Shown here piece by piece: positions 46,929-55,954 of a stretch of 55,954 nucleotides of DNA. Location: NCBI RefSeq assembly GCF_001194135.2, contig NC_068982.1, forward strand, positions 129,938,071-129,994,024, in the 5' to 3' direction. The stretch's first letter is position 1. Every line of letters begins with the position of its first letter. The translations under genes were made by a program, and so were the position numbers. The notes beneath the pieces are model-generated. The model saw nothing but the letters and a program-made list of their open reading frames with translations. It was not told the origin of the DNA and made no database searches. This DNA is from Octopus bimaculoides (Eukaryota).

Positions 46929-48262
46929 CCCCGATGCAGTTGGAAGATGCCAGAAGTACTCTTTCAAAAAACTTTATAGTGATCTCTTCGAGGAAATACC
47001 GAAGGAGGAGACACAAAAACTTTCCAACAGTAAGTGACTCTCTGTTCCTATCATTAGTATTATGATCAGGATTGGTTGTGTGAATGCGCATGGCTTGGGG
47101 TCCCCTCGGAAAAAAGGGTATCTCTTAAACGACATAAAGTCACATGAATTAGAAATCATAGCCATAAGTGAGACCAGACTCCATAATCCACGGGCCCTAA
47201 AGTCCATGTTTGGCGGACAGTTTAACATTTATTTTTCTCCCTGTCTGCCGAGAATAGGCGGTAGTGGCACGGCGGCACTCTTTCGGAAGACTCTGGATCT
47301 CGAAGTAAAGATAATATTCGTAGATCCGGATGGTAGGCTGATTGTCCTGGATGTCGACGGCAACAATGGCTACGTTTGTCGACTCGTATCAGTCTACGCA
47401 CCGCCTTTAACAGATCGGCCGGATTTCTTTCGACGTCTAGAAGTATTCCTAGGAACGTCTCGTCCTTTACTTTTAGTGGGGGAATTGGAATGCTGCTTTG
47501 GACACGCATCTAGACTACATGGGCAAAGATAGGAATAGACGGGGATGCAAATGCCTCAGAGACCTGTTCAGACGCTTTCAACTCTCTGACAGGTACCAAA
47601 TAGACCACCCAAATGCGCCAACGCGGACATGGAGCAACCTCATCGGGTCATCGAGATCGTATCTAGATAAGTTACTGTGTATGACAGTAGATAGAGATAG
47701 CGTAGAGTGTCCACAATTCCCCATAGTCAGCTATACGGATCACAAACTTGTGACGTGTACGCTAGACTTAGACAAGACACATAGGCAGGGTCCCGGTTAC
47801 TGGAAACTAAACGCGTCTTTCTTGTCGAGACAGGTTTTCAGAGACCAGATTAGCACGCTAGTAAAGAGCGCTTTGACGGGAGCCATCATCAACAACAAAT
47901 GGTGGTTTTCCCTCAAGAGAGCAATAGAAGCAGAAGCGGTTAGGTATAGCAAAGCACTAGCCATAGATAGAAACAGAGTAGAGGGTGAGTTAGTTAAGAA
48001 GCTAGAAGAGGCAATTAGAAGTGGCATCGCATCCGACGTTTTGGCGGCGAGGTTGGCCCTAGACCAACACTTCAACGCCAAACATGAAGGGTGTGTTGTC
48101 AGGGCTAGGATGCGTGCTCTAAGGAACGAAGGTGTTGGAGCCGCGCGAGACGCTCGGATGGCGGAGGAGCAACACGGCAACAAAGCCACCATTCGGTCTC
48201 TGGTAGATGAACAGGGGCGCGAATTACTAGATCCAAGTAAAATGTGTGAGGCCTTTCAACAG
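46929..48262 (+). mobile_element. L1/Tx1-clade non-LTR retrotransposon fragment: end of ORF1 and the ORF2 apurinic-endonuclease half, no RT domain
   Basis: ORF2 starts at 47062. Motifs: IGCVNAHGL, ISETRL, DPDGRLIVLDV, VSVYAP, G(D)WNA (1-nt frameshift near 47483), SYLDKLL, TDHKLV, GPGYWKLN. The sequence ends at DPSKMCEAFQQ. An upstream frame stops at 47037, consistent with the end of ORF1. Confidence 0.9.
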
Positions 48263-48334
48263 TGCACATGGCATCTGAAACTGGTGGGAAGGAGGAACCG
48301 GTCCGAGTACTTACAGTAGAGTGGACTCCGTTAA

Positions 48335-48640
48335 AGGTACCATATATACCAGGTGGTGGTATTAAACCGAGCAACAGGTTTGTTATACCACTTAAATAGG
48401 CCATGGTGGAATTTGAACTTAGAATGTAAAGATACCGAGAGCTCAACAGCAAACTGCAAAGCATCCGGTCCGGTGTTCTTACAATTCTACCATCTCACCG
48501 CCTTAGGTTATTACTTTCTTCTCCCCGAAAGAATAAAAAGCAAAGTTGAACTCAGACAGATTTAAGATCAGACCACCGCCACAAATTCAGCGGAGAAGCA
48601 TTTCATCCCGATGCTTTAACGACTCTGCCAATTTGTCACC
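48335..48640 (-). mobile_element. Diverged family 2 SINE pieces
   Basis: GGAATTTGAACTTAGAATGTAAAG and GCAAAGTTGAACTCAG..GACTCTGCCAATTTGTCACC match the reverse complement of the family core. Confidence 0.5.
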
Positions 48641-49799
48641 GATTTCCATTCGTGAAGAATGTTGGGACCAGTACAACAGCAAAGCATTGGACTCTATCAT
48701 TGAGCTATACATACCCCTAAATTAATGTTATTAATTTCCGTTTAACTGTTGCAGGTCAATACTCACAGGAAAGAAATGAGCGGAGAGGAAATTCCAGAGG
48801 CTTGATGTTCTAAGGATGAAAGATTGGACATAGTGGTAACGTTTTATTCGTTAAATAATTGGACTTGATACATTGGCTGCTCAGGATGGGCTTTGAAAAC
48901 CGTGCTCTTGGATCGTTAAAACAAATTCCAGTGATCTTACTGCCTTGCGAAAAGAATTATTTCCGTCTTGGAGTCAGTAAAAAATTGAATAAAGAGAACC
49001 AAAAAATTGAAAGCCTTAGCTTTTTCTTTTGCACTGTCTACAAATTTCACATTAAATGTACCAGACTAGCATCCTAACTATAATACTAATGTTCTTACTT
49101 CAACAGCTGATTGCCTTGCATCATGCTGGAGAGAAAGCTGTCTGATTGCTATAGGCATCTATGCCAGCGATATTGATCATTGTCAAAAAGTTTAAGAATC
49201 AGGGATCCTAAGTTCACATTTTCTGGACTTCGAAAAAAATTGGTTTAAAATGTCAATTTTGTTACTTAAAAAACTTTTATCAAACTTGGAAATAATCATC
49301 ATTTGGAGAAGGTAAATTAATTACTGGTTGTACTTATGTTATTTACAATTGCTTTATCAGTCTTCTTACAAACGTTATGAGTATCACAACTCATTCTATG
49401 TTTATTTTTTTTCTGAGGTTTTGTGCCTTTGAAAGCAATCCATATTCCCAAGATATTTCCCCGCCAAAAAATAGACTGATGGAAGTATGTTTAATTTATA
49501 TGTTTAATTTATATGTTAAAAACGCTAATTCTCTTGGAAACGAAGGAACCCATCCAATTGATTTCAAGTTTACGTTTCTCTATAATTCTCAGATTTAATA
49601 GTTAATAAATTAGTATAAAGTTGCATTGCGACTAGAACGGCGTGACACAAAGTAGGATCAAACAAAAGGAAACAACAAAGCCGAATCAAGATTCCGGTCC
49701 AGATACGCATTATTAAAAAAAAGCTGATACAATCAAACCATTTAGGGTTTTCATTGCATCGCAAAACAGATAGACAAATGAATTATGAAAGAAAATAAT

Positions 49800-50005
49800 G
49801 CTTTCAAATTTTGGCACAGAAACAGCAGCTTTTTAGGGGAGGAAGAAGTCAATTCTATAGATTCCAGTACTTGACTGGGATTTATATTATCGATCTCGAA
49901 AAGATGAAAGGCAAAGTGGAATTTGAACTTAGAATACAGAGACGGACGAAATACTGCAAAGCAATTTGTTCGGCGTGCTAACGGTTCTGCTAGCTGGCCA
50001 CCTTT
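49800..50005 (-). mobile_element. SINE family 2, inverted copy
   Basis: GATGAAAGGCAAAG..ATTTGAACTTAGAA..GACGGACGAAATAC..CTGCTAGCTGGCCACC. Confidence 0.7.
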
Positions 50006-52624
50006 TTACGAGTGAAAATAATGATTTAAATATTAAAAAAAGGATTTGCGGTTCATATAATTCTTATTATTGAATAATATGAATATTAATGATGTAACAT
50101 AAACAAACTTCACCACAACAAGGTTGGAACACTTTTGATAATGTGTTTGCTCGTGAATTGACCTGGGGTTAAACAACAACAGCAACAACAGTAACATCAA
50201 CAGTTACATTAGTTTTCACTTATCGCATGAAGGAGATAACATCAGACTTCCCTTGAATACAAAAAAAAAAAAAGAAAGGTGTTTATCGTTCTTATTGTCA
50301 CTAAACATTGATGTTAATGGTGTTTATGAACCGTTGACAGTAATTTAGTTTATATTTTCCTTTATGCTGTCTATCCCACTGAAATAGGCACCAAAATATT
50401 GCGTAAATATTTACGCCAAACTTAGGTCTATATTTTTTTCCATTTCAATTTTATATTGTGCTGAAATCTCTCCACAAATCTTCCTATGTTGTCATGTTAC
50501 TTGTAAAAGTAGCATCTATCAACAACTGAATTAACTACACCACCTTCTGGTTCCTATAGAAATGTCAATGAGAAAAAAAAAAAAAGGCCAAACCAACACT
50601 GTGTATGTATAAGGCTATGTGATTAGTAAGAATCTCAATAGCTATAGTATGCAGAAACTTGAAGAAAACAATTTTACAACTGAAAATTTCGACAGCTGTC
50701 CAATCACAATATAAGAAAAAAAACCCCAGTTAGGGTGGCAATCAAGAGGGTATAATAAATTTGGCCAAAAAACACGGTTTCTACGGGAAAAACATTATTC
50801 TAGCATCAATATTAAGAAGCACTAATAAGAAAAATTATATTTATAAATGTATTTAATTAACCTGACCACTGTTTAAACAAAAACAGCGTCTGATCACTAA
50901 GGTAACATGATGTTACAAAGAAAGGAAAGTATTAGTCAAAACTTTTGAATGAACAAGACATTCACATGGCTTCGTTATTTTAAGATAAAGAAAAACTTGA
51001 TGAAATAGAACCATGAAAATTTAAAAAGTAATTTTACTAATATACTATTAACAAAACAAAGTAGTATGAAGCATTTCATTACAACAATCAGCTCAATAAA
51101 ACCTTTGTTTTTTTACCCTTAACATTTAGATAACCTAAATATCATATAGATCTTAAGAGACCGACAAAATTTAACATAAGTACCTGAAATTTGAATGATT
51201 TCTTGATTCAATGACGCAGGCCTACTATCTATTACAAGGGAAGGAGAATCTTTCTGAGAGGGGATAAAAATCATGAAATAAGCTGCAGACTGAAATAAGA
51301 ACGTGGGGTCGAATGAACGACTAGATCCTTGAAGGTGTTGTTCTTGCAAGAATGCTGAAACCAGTATAAAAACATACTTTTGTTTCATTTTATTAATTTA
51401 AATTCTTCGCCGAGTTTCTCACAAATAGTTACTATCTTAAATGTTGTATTTCTCAACTTATACATTATTTATAGCATAAAGAGACTGATAAAATAGTCGA
51501 GATCCGGCAGCATTAAATTTCTAAATGTCTAGCTTTATTTAATTTTATATATTTATATTTTTACTCTAATGCTGCAAACAATGTGATTGCACAATAGATA
51601 AAACTCTGCATTTTCGTAAACACCCAGATTCGTTATATATAGTTTTATCTTTTTTATTCACTTCGTGGTACCAATATAATTTGAATCCAAGCTAACTGGT
51701 AACATCATTGATAATATCTACACTTAAGCTTCTATTCGAAGGTGATGTAATCGTCTATGGCAGTATTAACGTAAACCGTTTTTGATAAAATTTCTCAGGA
51801 GGAATTGAGAACCCAGATTTATTGCCCAATACATTCATCTCGTGTATAGTAACTGAGTTGTTACTAACAGTGACGAGTTAGTCCTACTGCATAGTACCTA
51901 AACACACTGAGTACAGAAAAAGGGTTATTTTTGCAAATTTGATCTTTTTTTGTGCCAAACAATATAAATTCGGCCGCGTAGCTGTCTAAAGCTTAGTAAT
52001 CTAAAATATTTAGACAACACATTAAATTTGCGAATAAGGACACTCTTTTTCTTTTAAAGAATAACAGTTATCACTGTAAAGGAAAAGTTGTTAGTTTATG
52101 TCATGTAAAATTCAAGGCTAAATGATTCCAAGTTCTAAGTGTCTTATACGATTTATGTCTTTGGTAATTTTGAGCTTCTATGGAGGATGGATCTCACATA
52201 AATTATTGGTTGCAGTTGTAATTCTCTTCAAAAAGGAAAGAATCATATATCCTCTCGAATTTCGCTTTTAGTAGATTCAAACCTCGTTAAAAATCTGATA
52301 TAATCAAATGAAAAAAAAAAAATATTTAAAAATTCCTATGAATTTACTTTGTTTCTTAGATTTTGTACTAAAATTTATTTCGACTGTTTTAATTGTATAT
52401 CATTGTAATGTTACCAAGGAACAACTAGCAACCGTCAATACTGAACATCGAAACGTCATGAAAATTATCTGTGATAGTTTTGGATTAAGAACATTAACAG
52501 CAAAAAAGTTGTAAGATTTTGAAAATCGAGGAAAATAATAGATATTATTCAATTGTTATCTAAAAATCAGCGTCCGTTTGCTATAGAAACAGAACACCAT
52601 AAAGAAATATAGACAATCAAATCA

Positions 52625-52695
<71 letters not shown>

Positions 52696-53701
52696 ATGTA
52701 TGTATGTGAGTATATTGGTTCAAAATCGGTGCATTGAATAAAAATCCACTCGTGGTTATTGAATAATGTCACTTTATGCCAAAAGGTAAACTTGTCTATT
52801 CGATAAATAAGTCGATAACATAAGTACCAGATTGTAAAGTAACACATATACGTGATTTCCAGAATTAAATACAAAAGCTGCTCTATTAATTGTGATAAAA
52901 ACTTGTTGTTACTAAAAATAAATGAATAAATAAATTTTAAAATTCTATAATCAATGTATTTCCACCGTGAAATTTCTTCGTTCTATTTCACTGGAAGTTT
53001 TCAAACTCTCAAATAGAAATAGGGGTTTCGTATGGCAACACACAGTTCAATTTTGTAGGGGTGCGATAAAGTGAACTATGCATTGAACGGAATATTGTTT
53101 AGATCAACGAAAGCACTATTTTGTGACACAATGTTTCTGTAGCGTTTAGTGTATTCTTGTTTGTCATTTTATTTTTGTTATTGAATGATTGAAGGCAATA
53201 AAAAGACTAAAATATTAACTCGATGAGTCGGAAAGAAGCTTTCAAATAGTATGTAGTTACATTCTTCCACGTTTTAAGTTTAAGTCGCTGATTTTTATTA
53301 CTCCAAAGTCACTAAAAATAAGCAACAACGATGATTCGATTTGTTGTATCTCTCCCAAGAAAACTTTACCTCAGTATTTGACTGGTACTTAATTTAACAA
53401 ACACATGGCACAATTAAAAATCATTATGTATTTCGTACAATGATTCACATACCGATTTTTTGTATCTATCAACCACTGAAATGATAACAAAAAAATGATA
53501 AATGACTTCGAACGTAACTAAAACGTGAAAACGTGTTTACAACTCATAATAATCAACTACGTCATAATAATATATAACACGATGGCTGTTGTGTGTGTGT
53601 GTGTGTGTGTGGACATGTCTATTCAGAAACAGAAAAGCGGTATGAGGAAGGGAAAGATGGAGTGAAAGTGGAAGATAAGAATATAATTAGAACGTGAGTG
53701 G

Positions 53702-53860
<159 letters not shown>

Positions 53861-54250
53861 ATAGAGCTGGGGGCAGCAGGGAGAGGAAAATGAAAACACA
53901 TATGCTACTGAGAGAGACGAGATGAGGTACAACTGATAATTGAAATACATTGATATAGATACACAATATCAAGCAATCAACTGGGAAACGTAAACTATAC
54001 ATCGCATGTAGAAAAACAAAACGATGTTATCTTTTTGTCTAATATATTTTATGTCATTGTCGATTGTCGTAATTTTATACTTGAAACAGATCCAAGATGA
54101 CCTCACAAAAAGAAAAAAATCTTAAAAAAAGACCAAATAGAGTATTGTTATTTTTAACAGTGGCTCAGCAGCTATCCCATGAATGTAATTTGTTAAAAAA
54201 TATTAGGCATATCGATTATGAACTAACCTTATATATGTGTGTAAGTGCGA

Positions 54251-54281
<31 letters not shown>

Positions 54282-54890
54282 NNNNNNNNNNNNNNNNNNN
54301 NNNNNNNNNNNNNNNNNNNNNNNNNNNNNNNNNNNNNNNNNNNNNNNNNNNNNNNNNNNNNNNNNNNNNNNNNNNNNNNNNNNNNNNNNNNNNNNNNNNN
54401 NNNNNNNNNNNNNNNNNNNNNNNNNNNNNNNNNNNNNNNNNNNNNNNNNNNNNNNNNNNNNNNNNNNNNNNNNNNNNNNNNNNNNNNNNNNNNNNNNNNN
54501 NNNNNNNNNNNNNNNNNNNNNNNNNNNNNNNNNNNNNNNNNNNNNNNNNNNNNNNNNNNNNNNNNNNNNNNNNNNNNNNNNNNNNNNNNNNNNNNNNNNN
54601 NNNNNNNNNNNNNNNNNNNNNNNNNNNNNNNNNNNNNNNNNNNNNNNNNNNNNNNNNNNNNNNNNNNNNNNNNNNNNNNNNNNNNNNNNNNNNNNNNNNN
54701 NNNNNNNNNNNNNNNNNNNNNNNNNNNNNNNNNNNNNNNNNNNNNNNNNNNNNNNNNNNNNNNNNNNNNNNNNNNNNNNNNNNNNNNNNNNNNNNNNNNN
54801 NNNNNNNNNNNNNNNNNNNNNNNNNNNNNNNNNNNNNNNNNNNNNNNNNNNNNNNNNNNNNNNNNNNNNNNNNNNNNNNNNNNNNNNNNN

Positions 54891-55706
54891 ATGTATCTAA
54901 CTTCTGAACTTGTTGGGGAGATCCAGGCCATGATTAACAACGACCCTTCCAAGTCAATTAGGTCTATCGTCAGGGACATATAATGTCTGAGTTTCTTATG
55001 AGGCAGGTAGTGCATGGAGACATTCGGTACTCCTCATACAAGATGAGAAAGGGCCAGTTTTTATTCCAAGCCATCAAGGACAAGAGAATGGACCGCGCTG
55101 CGAAGCTTTTGAACAAACTCAAGCATCTCCTCCAACCGAACATGCTTTCAGCTTGGATCAAATGGTGAAAACACAAAACAACAGTTGGGTTGCCGCGTCC
55201 CCAAAACATATACCGATAGTGATAAAAATCAAGCATTCGGTCAACATCATGGTGTTTGGAGTGATCACTAGTGATGGCGACGTTATGCCTCCATTCATCT
55301 CCCCACACGGCCTGAGACTCAATACGGAGGCCTATATCAAGTGCTTGGAAGAGGTAGTGCTGCCTTGAGTGAAGAGGGTGGCTGCTGGAAGACCCTATGT
55401 CTAGCAACAGGACTCTGCACCATGCCACACAAGCAAGGGAACCCAGTCAAGGCTGTCAGACAATTTCTGCGACCACATTACCCCTAACATCAACCTCCTT
55501 GATTATTATGTGTTGGGCGCAGTTGAGCGAGAGAACAACAAAACTCCTTGTAACACCAAAGATGAACTGAAAGTAAGGATTATAGCAGCATTCATCAACT
55601 TAAAACAAGGAGACCGTCCAGAAGCTTTGCAGGAGATTCTGAAGTTGTCTGGAAGCCGTGGTTGAAGTCAATGGCAATTTTATTGAATAAATTTACTCTT
55701 TAGTAT
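54891..55706 (+). mobile_element. Decayed Tc1/mariner-superfamily (maT/DD37D-like) transposase
   Basis: Fragments in shifting frames read LLNKLKH..DQMVKTQNNSWVA..KHSVNIMVFGVITSDGDVMPPF..YIKCLEEVVLP*..AAGRPYV*QQDSAPCHTS..LLDYYVLGAVERENNKTPCNTKDELK. Stops, frameshifts and deletions are present, and N gaps flank it. Confidence 0.85.
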
Positions 55707-55954
55707 NNNNNNNNNNTTTTGTTTATTTTTATGTGTCTTGACTATACGTGTACTGATGAGTAAAGGTTGCATAATACTGCAATTATTACGAAATCATGAT
55801 CTACCGTTTAGTCTGCTTTTAGAGGATTATCTTTGAGGGTCGCATTCCCACGCGTTCGGTAAAAATGTGTTTATATGATAGTTTGACTTTAGAGTCCCTC
55901 TTAGCGTGAGGCATTTATGTATAGTAATGCCCTTATATATATATATATATATAT

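Noticed and set aside
48755-49200. Two plus-strand acceptor-like sites, the second followed by DCLASCWRESC..
   Set aside because: All frames close quickly and the Cys spacing does not fit the LU pattern.

Overview
AT-rich, microsatellite- and SINE-dense animal genomic scaffold with ten N gaps. The SINE types, simple-repeat density and a cox1 insert read with the invertebrate mitochondrial code suggest a coleoid cephalopod, probably Octopus (inference). The main content is two spliced, paralogous genes that the ORF track shows only in fragments. Each encodes a signal peptide, a 10-cysteine Ly6/uPAR (three-finger, quiver/sleepless-type CxC) domain and a C-terminal hydrophobic GPI-signal-like tail. 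Gene A is on the + strand (3151-12843, 4 coding exons, 174 aa). Gene B is on the - strand (31585-18888, 4 coding exons, 263 aa, with a long stalk containing dibasic sites). They lie tail-to-tail, all their coding introns are phase 1, and both have a 129-nt third exon. Other content: the 5' end of a Ty3/Gypsy element (LTR, tRNA-Ser-like PBS, gag), a decayed mitochondrial cox1 insertion (NUMT) split by a SINE with a 15-bp target-site duplication, an L1/Tx1-clade endonuclease fragment, RTE and CR1/L2-type LINE remnants, a decayed Tc1/mariner (maT-like) transposase, hAT-like MITEs, many tRNA-derived SINEs and a palindromic telomere-type repeat. All calls come from manual reading and translation. 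No database searches were run, so family names rest on motif recall.
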